Shown: positions 17,031 to 25,890, counted from the first letter of the stretch. The stretch is DNA of 32,000 bases from Horticoccus luteus (GCF_019464535.1 NZ_CP080507.1:2550001-2582000), one strand, 5' to 3'. Made by a program: numbers and translations. The notes: a model not told the origin generated them from the letters alone.

Positions 17031-17453
17031 TTACGCACCTTTGTCCACGGCAAAACGTCCGGGACCCGCGATGAAAATCGTGACGAATCCCGCGAGGTAA
17101 ATAAACGCCAGCTCACCGCTGCCCGGCCCTGAAGCGATGCGCGTGTTATGCACGGTCACAAACGCCACGCTTAACATGACGATCACCACGAGCGCCGCGA
17201 ACCGCGTCACCACCCCGAGCGCCAGCAACGCCCCACACACCACCTCCGCGAAAATCGCGAGCCCGAGACTCCATTTCGAGCCGACGCCAAACGGATCGGC
17301 AAACGACGACGACATCGTGGAGAACTTCATCACCTTCACCCAGCCGTGGTTCATCACCAGCGTCGCGCCCAGCCAGACCCGCAGCACCAGCAGCGCGAAA
17401 TCCGGACTCCGGGGAATGTAATTAATTTGGAGGATCTTGAGGAACGATTTCAT
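17031..17453 (-). CDS. DoxX family membrane protein
   Basis: I use the internal ATG at 17453 (140 aa). There are four hydrophobic segments. DFALLVLRVWLGATLVMNHGWVK is the typical DoxX start. The upstream part of the track ORF is G/R/A-rich junk. Confidence 0.8.
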   Translation of the reverse strand: MKSFLKILQINYIPRSPDFALLVLRVWLGATLVMNHGWVKVMKFSTMSSSFADPFGVGSKWSLGLAIFAEVVCGALLALGVVTRFAALVVIVMLSVAFVTVHNTRIASGPGSGELAFIYLAGFVTIFIAGPGRFAVDKGA

Positions 17454-17545
17454 GCGAAACGAATAAGTTGAAGTTGGCGGATTTTCCGACGGCAGATGTC
17501 TCCTTCGGACGCGGTCAACCCAACGACTGGCAACCGCCTGCGCAA

Positions 17546-18160
17546 TCACGATGCGACGAGCACCCGCAAATCTTCCACCAAAGCCTGCCGCGCCGCCTCC
17601 CGATCCGCGCCCTTCATCCGCAAAATCGCCGACGGATGCACCGTCGCCATGAACGCCCGCGCCCAGCCCACCGCGAGTAATTTCCCGCGCTCCCGCGTCA
17701 CGCGAAACGTCCGTCCCATCAATGCTTGCGCCGCCGTCGCGCCCAATGCCACCACCACCTCCGGCTGCACGAGCGCGATCTCGGCGTCCAGCCACGGCCG
17801 GCACGCCGCGACCTCGCGCGCGTTGGGTTTCTGATGCAACCGCCGCCGACCCGCTGGCACCCATTTGAAGTGCTTCACCGCATTTGTGACATACACCTCG
17901 CGTCGGTCGATGCCCGCTTCCGCCATGGCCGCATCGAGCAACCTGCCCGCCGGTCCCACAAACGGCCGCCCTGAGCGATCCTCATGGTCACCCGGTTGCT
18001 CGCCCACGAACATCCACCGCGCCGGCCGACGGCCTTCGCCGAAAACGGTCTGCGTCGCCGCCCGCCATAATGGACACGCACGACAGTCCGCCGCCGCGTC
18101 GCGCAGAGCGCGCAGACTCGTCCTCGTGGCCGCAAGAGCCGCACCATGCGGAGCCGTCAT
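17546..18160 (-). CDS. udgX: family-4-related uracil-DNA glycosylase of the UdgX type
   Basis: 204 aa. Contains CRACPLW, motif A as GEQPG (aa 53-57), PFVGPAGRLL, VTNAVKHFKW, an inserted loop VPAGRRRLHQKP (RRRLH is aa 105-109, nt 17834-17848), ACRPWL and the HPS motif ATVHPSAIL. It appears collinear with M. smegmatis UdgX (GEQPG ... NAVKHFKF...KRRIH...ACRPWL) as I recall it. Confidence 0.8.
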   Translation of the reverse strand: MTAPHGAALAATRTSLRALRDAAADCRACPLWRAATQTVFGEGRRPARWMFVGEQPGDHEDRSGRPFVGPAGRLLDAAMAEAGIDRREVYVTNAVKHFKWVPAGRRRLHQKPNAREVAACRPWLDAEIALVQPEVVVALGATAAQALMGRTFRVTRERGKLLAVGWARAFMATVHPSAILRMKGADREAARQALVEDLRVLVAS

Positions 18161-18186
18161 GCCCCGCTGGACCGCGCCCGTTAGAT

Positions 18187-20031
18187 TCAGTTCGCCGCCG
18201 CCGCACGCTGCGTTTCCAACGTTTCCCAGCGACTAAACGCGGTCGCGTGTTCGCGCTCGATCTCGGCCAGTCGGCTCTCGATCTCGCGCACCGCCGCGCC
18301 GCCTCGCTGATAAAATTGCGGGTCCACCAACTTCGCCGTCAGCTCCGCCTGCTCCTTCTCCCACGCCTCGATGCGCGCGGGCAACGCCTCCAGTTCGCGC
18401 TGCTCCTTGAAGCTCAACTTACGCGGTCGCGCCGTCTTCCCGGGTCCGTCCGCCGAAGGCACCGCCGGCGCTTTCGCCGCCTCGGCCGCCTCCGTCGCGC
18501 GCGCTGCGGCCAGCGCTCGCACCGCCTGCCGCTCCTTTTCGCGCTGCCAGTCCGCGTAGCCACCCACGTATTCCGCGATCCGCCCGTCGCCTTCGAAGAC
18601 GAACGTGCTCGTCACCACGTTATCCAGAAACTCGCGATCGTGGCTCACGAGCAGCAGCGTGCCTTGATACTCGACCAACAGGTCTTCGAGCAGATCGAGC
18701 GTCTCCGCATCCAGATCATTCGTCGGCTCGTCCAGCACGAGGACATTGGCCGGCTTCGTAAACAGTCGCGCCAGCAGCAAGCGGTTGCGCTCGCCGCCCG
18801 AGAGCACGCGCGCCGGCGTCCGCGCCCGGTCCGGCGTGAAGAGGAAATCCTGCAGATAACTGATCACGTGCCGCGTGCGCCCGTCGATCGTCACGGTCGT
18901 GTTTCCGTCGGCGATATTATCCGCGACGCTCTTCGCGTCATCGATCTGCGCGCGCAGCTGATCGTAGTAAACGATCTCCAGATTCGTGCCGTGCGTCACC
19001 GTGCCCGCCGTCGGCGAAAGTTGTCCCAGCAGCAGTTTGATCAACGTCGTCTTGCCCGCGCCGTTCGGCCCCATGAGCCCGATCTTGTCGCCGCGCGTGA
19101 TCGTCGTCGTGAAATCGCGCACCACGGTGTGCCCGTCGGCAAACGCGAATGACGCGTTCTCCGTTTCGATCACTTTCACCCCCGTGCGGTCCGCCTCCGC
19201 GAGCCGCATCGTCACATTGCCGGCGCGCTCGCGCCGCGCCACGCGGTCCGCCCGCATTTGCATGAGCTGGTTGATCCGCGCCGTCGCCCGCGAGCGCTGC
19301 GCCCGCACGCCGCGCCGGATCCATTCCTCTTCCTGCGCCAGCTTTTTGTCGAAGAGCGCCGCGTTCTTCTCCTCGGCTTCCAGCACCTCCTGCTTCCGCA
19401 CGAGATACGTGTCGTAATCGCACGACCAGCTCGAGAGCCGCCCGCGGTCCAGTTCCACGATCCGCGTCGCCAGATTCCTCAAAAACGCCCGATCGTGGGT
19501 CACGAAAAACAGCGACAGCTTCTCCGTCGCCAGAAACTTTTCGAGCCAGAGGATCGATTCGATATCGAGGTGATTCGTCGGCTCATCCAGCAGCAGCAGG
19601 CTCGGTGCCCCCGCCAGCGCGCGGCCCAGCAGCGCGCGACGCTTCAACCCGCCCGACAGGTCGGCGAACGGCTTCGTCAGCGGCAATTGCAACCGCTCAA
19701 ACAAATCCTCCAGCCGCACATCGCGTTCCCATTCCTCCTCGTGCACGTGCGCTTCGCGCAAGCCCCCCGCGACCACGTCGTGCACCGTTCCCTCGATGTC
19801 CGTCGGAATTTCCTGCGGCAGCCGCGTGTAAACTGCGCCCGCCGGCCGGAAAACGTCTCCCCGATCCGGCTTCATTTCGCCGGCAATCACGCGCATGAGC
19901 GTCGATTTTCCCGCGCCATTACGGCCGACCAGACACACGCGTTCGCCCGGATCGATCTGGAGGTTGACTGCCTCCAACACCGCCGGACCACCGAAACTGA
20001 GACTTACATCAAGAAGACTGAGCAATGCCAT
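18187..20031 (-). CDS. uup: ABC-F family ATPase Uup (two ABC domains plus a C-terminal coiled-coil DNA-binding tail)
   Basis: I use the internal ATG at 20031 (MALLSLLDVSLSFGG). Walker A appears twice (GRNGAGKST, GPNGAGKTT). Signature motifs are LSGGLKRR and LSGGERNR. The C-terminal KLSFKEQRELEALPARIEAWEKEQAEL...FSRWETLE matches the Uup tail. Confidence 0.88.
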   Translation of the reverse strand: MALLSLLDVSLSFGGPAVLEAVNLQIDPGERVCLVGRNGAGKSTLMRVIAGEMKPDRGDVFRPAGAVYTRLPQEIPTDIEGTVHDVVAGGLREAHVHEEEWERDVRLEDLFERLQLPLTKPFADLSGGLKRRALLGRALAGAPSLLLLDEPTNHLDIESILWLEKFLATEKLSLFFVTHDRAFLRNLATRIVELDRGRLSSWSCDYDTYLVRKQEVLEAEEKNAALFDKKLAQEEEWIRRGVRAQRSRATARINQLMQMRADRVARRERAGNVTMRLAEADRTGVKVIETENASFAFADGHTVVRDFTTTITRGDKIGLMGPNGAGKTTLIKLLLGQLSPTAGTVTHGTNLEIVYYDQLRAQIDDAKSVADNIADGNTTVTIDGRTRHVISYLQDFLFTPDRARTPARVLSGGERNRLLLARLFTKPANVLVLDEPTNDLDAETLDLLEDLLVEYQGTLLLVSHDREFLDNVVTSTFVFEGDGRIAEYVGGYADWQREKERQAVRALAAARATEAAEAAKAPAVPSADGPGKTARPRKLSFKEQRELEALPARIEAWEKEQAELTAKLVDPQFYQRGGAAVREIESRLAEIEREHATAFSRWETLETQRAAAAN

Positions 20032-20063
20032 GAACCCGCCAAACTGCCGCCCCCGTTCCGCGA

Positions 20064-20079
20064 TGCAACTTCCGTTGCA
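20064..20079. promoter_or_regulatory. perfect inverted repeat TGCAAC-N4-GTTGCA in the uup/tag divergent intergenic region (candidate operator)
   Basis: TGCAAC at 20064-20069, spacer TTCC, GTTGCA at 20074-20079. It lies within the 79-bp gap between the uup start (20031) and the tag start (20111). Confidence 0.25.
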
Positions 20080-20110
20080 CAATCCCGTTCGCCTCCCTCC
20101 ACTTTCCGCC

Positions 20111-20695
20111 ATGTCCCCCTCCGCTTCCTCCGCCCGCTGCGCCTGGGCCGCCGCCGAGCCCAACCTCACTTACCACGACACCGAGTGGGGCGTTCCCCTC
20201 CACGACGACCGTGCCTTGTTTGAACTTCTCACGCTTGAGGGCGCGCAAGCCGGCCTGAGCTGGACCACCATCCTCAACAAACGCGAAAACTACCGCCGCG
20301 CCTTTGATCAATTCGATGTCGCGAAAGTCGCCCGTTACGGCGCTCGCGACACCGCCCGCCTCCTCGCCGACGCCGGCATCGTCCGCCATCGCCTCAAAAT
20401 CGCCGCCACCCTCGCCAACGCGAAAGCCTTCCTCGCCGTGCAACGCGAATTCGGCAGCTTCGATCGCTACCTCTGGGCGTTTGTCGGCGGCCGGCCTCTC
20501 CAACCGCAGCGCCGCACCATGGCCGACGTCCCCACCCGCTCGCCCGAGTCGGACGCCTTGAGCAAAGACTTGCTCCGCCGCGGCTTCAAATTCGTGGGCC
20601 CGACAATCTGCCACGCCTTCATGCAAGCGAGCGGTCTGATCAACGATCACCTCATCACCTGCCCACGCCATCGTCTCTGCGCCCGACTTCGATAG
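20111..20695 (+). CDS. tag: DNA-3-methyladenine glycosylase I
   Basis: ATG at 20111. RCAW....P.L.YHD.EWGVP.HDD..LFE.L.LEG.QAGLSW..IL.KR and KFVGPTICHAFMQASGLINDH are classic Tag motifs. Earlier in-frame ATGs (20030, 20063) would overlap the uup start region. Confidence 0.88.
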   Translation: MSPSASSARCAWAAAEPNLTYHDTEWGVPLHDDRALFELLTLEGAQAGLSWTTILNKRENYRRAFDQFDVAKVARYGARDTARLLADAGIVRHRLKIAATLANAKAFLAVQREFGSFDRYLWAFVGGRPLQPQRRTMADVPTRSPESDALSKDLLRRGFKFVGPTICHAFMQASGLINDHLITCPRHRLCARLR

Positions 20696-20726
20696 TTCCC
20701 CCGCACGCCGTCCGCCAACGCCTCCA

Positions 20727-20754
20727 GCGGCCAACGCAGTGCCGCGCCTTTTTT
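20727..20754 (+). terminator. candidate rho-independent terminator after tag
   Basis: GCGGC (20727-20731) pairs with GCCGC (20741-20745) around a 9-nt loop, followed by GCC and TTTTTT (20749-20754). The stem is short. The T-run abuts the stop of the convergent gene. Confidence 0.4.
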
Positions 20755-21554
20755 CATTTCAAGCGCTTCGCCTCGATAAACGTCACGATCGGCGTCGGGT
20801 CGGGCAAACTGTGCGGGTGGTGTTTCCCGCCCGGCTTGATGATCACCTCGATCTCGCCACCCAGCGCACGATAACGCTGCTCCAGCTTGAGGAGATTTTC
20901 CGCCGGCTTCACCGTTTCATCCGCGTCGCCGGCCACGCCGATGATCGGGATCTTCGCCGCCGCGACCGGCGCGATGCGATCCAGCGGACTCACTTTCGCC
21001 GTCATCGCTTCCGCTTCCGTCAACCCGTAGCACGCCAGGCACTGCTTCCACAACGGATGCTTCGGCCCGGGCCAGCTCTTGATGTCGAGCGCCGGCGCAT
21101 CGAGGTAAAGCGCTCCCACGCGTTCCGGATAAGTCGCCGCAAAATTAAACGCATACAATCCGCCCCGGCTGAAGCCCTCGATGACCGGCCGCCGCGCCAG
21201 TCCACGCCGCTCCACCAGCTCGCGATAGAACGCGTCGAACAACCCGATCGCCTTCGGCGCGCCATACATGTCGCTCGCCTGCATGTAGGCGACGTGCCAG
21301 CCCCGCGCCAGCAGCGCCAACTCCACCTGCGGCGCATGCTCGTCGCCAAAAAATTCCGCCCGCCACACCCACGGATTCCCCGGCGCCGCCGCGTGTGGCG
21401 AGATCAACAAGCACGGCCGTCCTGCCACCGTGAAATCCTCCCGCGCGTAACCGTGCCATGACGTGCTGCCTGCGGCGCCATCGGCTGCCTGCACGACCGG
21501 AAGACCGCAGGACAACGCACACCACCACCACGCCCATCGCCACGGGGAGTTCAT
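20754..21554 (-). CDS. secreted alpha/beta-fold hydrolase (esterase-like)
   Basis: I use the internal ATG at 21554. The signal peptide is MNSPWRWAWWWCALSCGLPVVQA. Nucleophile elbow GFSRGG, acid GDADETV, and His in GGKHHPH. The specific family is not recognised. Confidence 0.65.
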   Translation of the reverse strand: MNSPWRWAWWWCALSCGLPVVQAADGAAGSTSWHGYAREDFTVAGRPCLLISPHAAAPGNPWVWRAEFFGDEHAPQVELALLARGWHVAYMQASDMYGAPKAIGLFDAFYRELVERRGLARRPVIEGFSRGGLYAFNFAATYPERVGALYLDAPALDIKSWPGPKHPLWKQCLACYGLTEAEAMTAKVSPLDRIAPVAAAKIPIIGVAGDADETVKPAENLLKLEQRYRALGGEIEVIIKPGGKHHPHSLPDPTPIVTFIEAKRLK

Positions 21555-21596
21555 CCTTCGCAGGCTTGCGAACCCCGCCGCCCGCGCAAGCCCCAT

Positions 21597-22487
21597 TCAT
21601 GCACCCGTCCCGGCCTGACTCCTCTCCAATACCGCCGTCTTTTTCGGTGTCACCGGCAGACGATGTGCCGCGCGATCCGCCTTCAGAAATTCCGCCCCGT
21701 AAAAGAAAATCGCCGCCGTGTAGTAGATCCAGATCAGCAATGCCACGAGCGATCCTGCCGCCCCGTAAACCGACGCGATCGTGGAATGCGCCAGATAGAG
21801 CGAGATCGCGAACCGCCCGATCGTAAACAACACCGCCGTCACCAACCCGCTTCGCCACACCTCCCGCCATCGCACTTCCACGTCGGGCATCACTTTCAAG
21901 ATCAGCGCAAAAAGAACTGTCATCACGGCGAGCGAGACCGAGAGGTCCGCGATTTTCAGCACCGCGCCATTCCAACCGGCCCCAAAATGGGCGGTCAAAC
22001 TTTCCAACGCGGTGGTCAGGATGAGCGAGACCAGCAGAAGAAAACCCATCGTCAGCACCATCGCGAAGGAGAGGATCCGCTGCGTGAGCAACACCAGCCA
22101 CCCGCTCCGACTCGGTTTCTGCTGCACTTTCCAAATCGCGTTGAGCGAATCCTGCAACTGACTGAACACCGTCGTCGCTCCAAAAAGCAAAACGGCGACA
22201 CCGATGGTCGTGGTGATCCACGTGCCGTGTGTCGCCTCCGCCGCCTTCTCGCCGGTTTGCTGAATCATCTTTGCACTGTCCGCGCCGATCAGCTCCGTGA
22301 GTTGCTGCTGCAGCGCATCGCCCGCCCGCTCCTTGCCCAACACCGCGCCCGCCAGCGCCGCCGCGATCACCGTGATGGGTGCCAGGGAAAAGAGCGTATA
22401 AAAGCTCACCGCCGCGCTGTGCCGAAACACGTGATCAGCATTCCATTCCTTGGCGGCCGTGAGGAGGATCCGAAACCAGCGAAGCAT
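21597..22487 (-). CDS. YihY/virulence factor BrkB family membrane protein
   Basis: 296 aa. The N-terminal AAKEWNADHVFRHSAAVSFYTLFSLAPITVI is the typical YihY opening. Six hydrophobic segments follow. Confidence 0.85.
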   Translation of the reverse strand: MLRWFRILLTAAKEWNADHVFRHSAAVSFYTLFSLAPITVIAAALAGAVLGKERAGDALQQQLTELIGADSAKMIQQTGEKAAEATHGTWITTTIGVAVLLFGATTVFSQLQDSLNAIWKVQQKPSRSGWLVLLTQRILSFAMVLTMGFLLLVSLILTTALESLTAHFGAGWNGAVLKIADLSVSLAVMTVLFALILKVMPDVEVRWREVWRSGLVTAVLFTIGRFAISLYLAHSTIASVYGAAGSLVALLIWIYYTAAIFFYGAEFLKADRAAHRLPVTPKKTAVLERSQAGTGA

Positions 22488-22595
22488 GCCCTCGTGACCA
22501 GCAAACCGGGCGTCCGGTTGCGCCGCGAACGCCGAAAGATCGATTCCCCAGCGTTTCTGGCCTTGAAGGCGCCCGGTGCGCCGCGGGGCGCCGCG

Positions 22596-24584
22596 TCACA
22601 CCTCGCGCGTGCGGAAACTCCGCCACTTTTCCACCGGCAGATTCGCCAGCGCGATCAAGAGCAACTGCACCGCGATGAACGCCAAGAGCCACCAGAACGC
22701 CGCTTCCATGAAGCCGTAACTGTGCAGACCGATGCCGAGCATGTTCGTCCCAAACCAGCTCCAGCTCGTCACGATGTTGCCGAAAATCGCCAGGATCATG
22801 AGACCGCGCTGCTTCACCAACCCGCCCCAGCGCGCGTGCAGGATGATCGCGTTCCATAGCACAATGATGAGCGCTCCGTTTTCCTTCGGATCCCAGCCCC
22901 AGAAACGTCCCCACGATTGATCCGCCCAAATGCCGCCGAGAATCGTGCCGACCAAGCTGAACAACGTCGCGAAGCACACGATGCCATAAACCATCCGCCC
23001 GAGCATCTGCGCATTCGTATCCGCTCGCGCCATTGTCGGCCCGGCCGTCTTGCCTCCCGACGGCGCCGCCGCCACCGCGCGACTATCCATCCCTCCCGCC
23101 GCGCCCGGCCGGCGCGCCAGCCACGGTGTAAACACGCCCATCACCACGTAGATGATCGCGAGAAAACCCGCCAGAAACGTCGCCCCGTAACCCGTCGTCA
23201 CCACCACGACGTGCGTTGCGAGCCAGAAGTTTGAGTCCAGCACCGCGCGCATCATTTCCATCGTGTCGCCGCCGAGCGCCAGATGGTGCGCGATCAGCAG
23301 CGTGCCGAAGCCCACCGCTCCCGCCGCCACCGTGCCGATCGCGTTCTTATAAATTGTCTCGAGCACGACGCACAATCCCACCGCGATCCAGCCGACAAAG
23401 AGCGCCGACGAATACAAATTCGTCACCGGCGGCCGGCCTTCGATCCACATGCGCACGAGGATGCCGACCGTCGTGACGCCAAACGCCACCACCAGCACCC
23501 AAAACGCGCTGCGCCCCAAAATCGCCGGCCAGATCAGCCACGAGGCGATCGCGATGAAAAACGCCGCGACGTAGAGGTTCATCCCGAGGCCAAACGGCTC
23601 CGCCGCGTTGAAGCGCGCTTCGAGGTCGGTTTTGCGCAGCGTCGCCGGCACTTGTTTTTCCAACTGTTCGCGGTAGAGCCGCACGATCTCGTTGAACGCC
23701 CTGGCATCCTGCTTCCGCCACGCGTAGCCGAGGCCCGCATATGTCAGCACGCCGGGATCGATTTCGCCGGTGCGAAAGGTATCGATCAGCGCGTCGCCCG
23801 CGTTGCGCCACGAACCATCGTGCGGAACGATCATCAAGTAGGCGGACTTCGCCATCAGGTCGTAACGCTGACCAAAATCGACGATCCGCTGGAAGGCGGC
23901 TTCGTCGAACGGCTTGCCCGCCTGCCGCGCCTGCACCGCCGCAATTCCCGCCGGCAGCGCCGCCTGGAATTGGTTCAGTTCGGCGAGAAAATTATCGCCG
24001 TCGGGCATCGCCGCGCTGCGTTGGAGCCGCGTGTAGAGCGCGATGTTGTCGCGGAGCTGCAGCACCGCTTTCTGATACCGGCTGCGCTGCTGCGGATCGA
24101 CCTCGGTCGCCAGTCCCGCCTGCCGGTCGATCGCCTCGAAGTGCGGCTTGAGCGCATCGAAACTGAATCGCCGGAAACGGCTCGGCAGGAAACCCACCAC
24201 CGCCATTGTGCGCTTCGCCGGCGACTCGTAATGGATCGCGAGCGTCTCGTCCGTCTGCCCGACGAGCGCGAGCACATCGGGATGATCGATCTCAAACGTC
24301 GGATACGTGTTCGCCTTCGCCGGATCGAACAACACATCGAGCAGCCACTGCTGCGGCGTGCGCGTGAGGTCGGAGTTGGGCGCGCCGACCCGCTGGCGGC
24401 CTTGCAAGACCAGCAGCGCGTTGCGCGCCACCGTATCGAGTGGCTTCACGCGACCGTTCACCAGCACCGGCAGGCGGCTGAAGCCGGTGAGATCAAACGC
24501 ATCCGGATTTTGCGGCGGCCACAACGACGCACCCACCGCGGCGAGCGCGAGCACCAAGGCGAGGAGCGGGATGAGGCGCTTCAT
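22596..24584 (-). CDS. ccsA: cytochrome c biogenesis protein CcsA (System II heme-handling subunit) with a long N-terminal periplasmic extension
   Basis: 662 aa. WWD motif WGRFWGWDPKENGALIIVLWNAIILHARW. Multiple TM segments run from about aa 334 onward. aa 1-21 form a signal/anchor and aa 22-333 form a soluble region of unknown function. Confidence 0.88.
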   Translation of the reverse strand: MKRLIPLLALVLALAAVGASLWPPQNPDAFDLTGFSRLPVLVNGRVKPLDTVARNALLVLQGRQRVGAPNSDLTRTPQQWLLDVLFDPAKANTYPTFEIDHPDVLALVGQTDETLAIHYESPAKRTMAVVGFLPSRFRRFSFDALKPHFEAIDRQAGLATEVDPQQRSRYQKAVLQLRDNIALYTRLQRSAAMPDGDNFLAELNQFQAALPAGIAAVQARQAGKPFDEAAFQRIVDFGQRYDLMAKSAYLMIVPHDGSWRNAGDALIDTFRTGEIDPGVLTYAGLGYAWRKQDARAFNEIVRLYREQLEKQVPATLRKTDLEARFNAAEPFGLGMNLYVAAFFIAIASWLIWPAILGRSAFWVLVVAFGVTTVGILVRMWIEGRPPVTNLYSSALFVGWIAVGLCVVLETIYKNAIGTVAAGAVGFGTLLIAHHLALGGDTMEMMRAVLDSNFWLATHVVVVTTGYGATFLAGFLAIIYVVMGVFTPWLARRPGAAGGMDSRAVAAAPSGGKTAGPTMARADTNAQMLGRMVYGIVCFATLFSLVGTILGGIWADQSWGRFWGWDPKENGALIIVLWNAIILHARWGGLVKQRGLMILAIFGNIVTSWSWFGTNMLGIGLHSYGFMEAAFWWLLAFIAVQLLLIALANLPVEKWRSFRTREV

Positions 24585-24714
24585 GCTTGGTTCCCGCTTT
24601 GAAGGTGAACGAAAGCCCCGCGCGCACCGACCGCCGGCAAGGCGGAAAAAATCCCGCGCGACGCGCCCGCCTCTGCGGCTGCGGGCAGGTGCGATTTAAC
24701 AATGATGATGACGT

Positions 24715-25887
24715 TCATACGGCGGCAGGGTCGGAAGCGGCGCGACGGCGGCGCGCGAACTTGATCAAGGAAAGCCCAAACTGAATGACGAGACCGAACG
24801 CCATGATCAGGCACGCGATGTAGGGCATGAGCCAGCTCGGGTTGCGCACCACTTGGAGAATCGTCGTGTGTTCGCCCTCGTAACCGGATTGGTAAAACGT
24901 CAGCCCGGCGTAACGCAGGGGGTGGTTCATATAAATATTCACCTCCCGATTGTCGCGCCCGTCCGGTGTCTTCACCTCCACAAGACTCGAAAAGTTTTTT
25001 GGAATGTCGGTGCCTTCATAAACGTCGTGGCTGAACTTGATGAGCTTAAGCGAAAACGGCTTGTAGTTTCGCTCGAAGCGCATCGTGAGCACGTAATCGT
25101 GCCCTGCGTAATTCACGTGCTGCGGCGCGCCCAGCATCGCCGACACGACCCACGTGCCGAGCGAGCCGTCCGGCCCGACCAGCTCGACAATGGCCGCCGG
25201 CAGATTGCGCTCATCCTGTTTATACGTGATCGGAATGGGCGTCACCACGACCTGCGGACCGATGCCCTGCGTGGCCGGCGACTCCGGCGCATTCGGCACC
25301 TTGCTGCGCAGTTGCAGCACCGCGTTCGGATAGAACGCGCGCGGCACGATCCGGAACGGCAGGCTCGCCTGCTGGATCGGTTCGCCGTGCGCCAGCACCT
25401 TCTGCGGCACCGCCACGACGTCGTCGACCTTCGGGTCCGTGCGATCGATGACCGCGAGCTCCACATCCCGATAACTCTCCGAATAGCTCTTCGTTTCGCC
25501 ATCGGTCAGCCGCATTTGAAACTCCTCCTGCCAGATCGACGTGAAGAGTTCGCCCAGCAACAGCAGCACGAGGCCGAGATGCGTGAGATGTATGCCGAGC
25601 TTCCGCCACGCGAACTTGCCGTGGTAAAGATGCGCCGCAAACAGGTTGAGCAGCAGCATGCCGCCCAGCAGGTAGCCGCCCGGAAACAACGGCACCGGAA
25701 TGCGCGTGCCGGGAATGAAGCCCAGCACAAACAGCGTGCGGAAAAACTGTTCCTGCACGCCCCACACGCCGATCTTCACCTGCGCCAGGGTGGCCCAGAA
25801 AACGAGCACGATCGAGAGCGCGAGCAGCACGACCGTCAGCGTCAGCGAACTGAAAAAAACGAGCAGAGAATGCCAGAGAGAGCGCAT
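24715..25887 (-). CDS. ccsB: cytochrome c biogenesis protein CcsB/ResB/Ccs1 family
   Basis: 390 aa. The topology is ResB-like: N-terminal TM LTLTVVLLALSIVLVFWATLAQ, TM segments with His (AAHLYHGKF), a large soluble middle, and a C-terminal TM WLMPYIACLIMAFGLVIQFGL. It lies directly upstream of ccsA. It is shorter than typical ResB. Confidence 0.75.
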   Translation of the reverse strand: MRSLWHSLLVFFSSLTLTVVLLALSIVLVFWATLAQVKIGVWGVQEQFFRTLFVLGFIPGTRIPVPLFPGGYLLGGMLLLNLFAAHLYHGKFAWRKLGIHLTHLGLVLLLLGELFTSIWQEEFQMRLTDGETKSYSESYRDVELAVIDRTDPKVDDVVAVPQKVLAHGEPIQQASLPFRIVPRAFYPNAVLQLRSKVPNAPESPATQGIGPQVVVTPIPITYKQDERNLPAAIVELVGPDGSLGTWVVSAMLGAPQHVNYAGHDYVLTMRFERNYKPFSLKLIKFSHDVYEGTDIPKNFSSLVEVKTPDGRDNREVNIYMNHPLRYAGLTFYQSGYEGEHTTILQVVRNPSWLMPYIACLIMAFGLVIQFGLSLIKFARRRRAASDPAAV

Positions 25888-25890
25888 GAC

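Noticed and set aside
18070-20223. Plus-strand ORFs 18070..19152 and 19258..20223 opposite uup
   Set aside because: They are Arg/Leu/Gln-rich antisense frames. The minus-strand frame has two complete ABC cassettes.
24585-24714. Possible internal terminator or attenuator in the 130-bp ccsB-ccsA gap (GC-rich segment followed by TTTTTT on the minus strand)
   Set aside because: I could not draw a stable stem directly preceding the T-run. Only 4-6-bp imperfect pairings are available, so I make no call.
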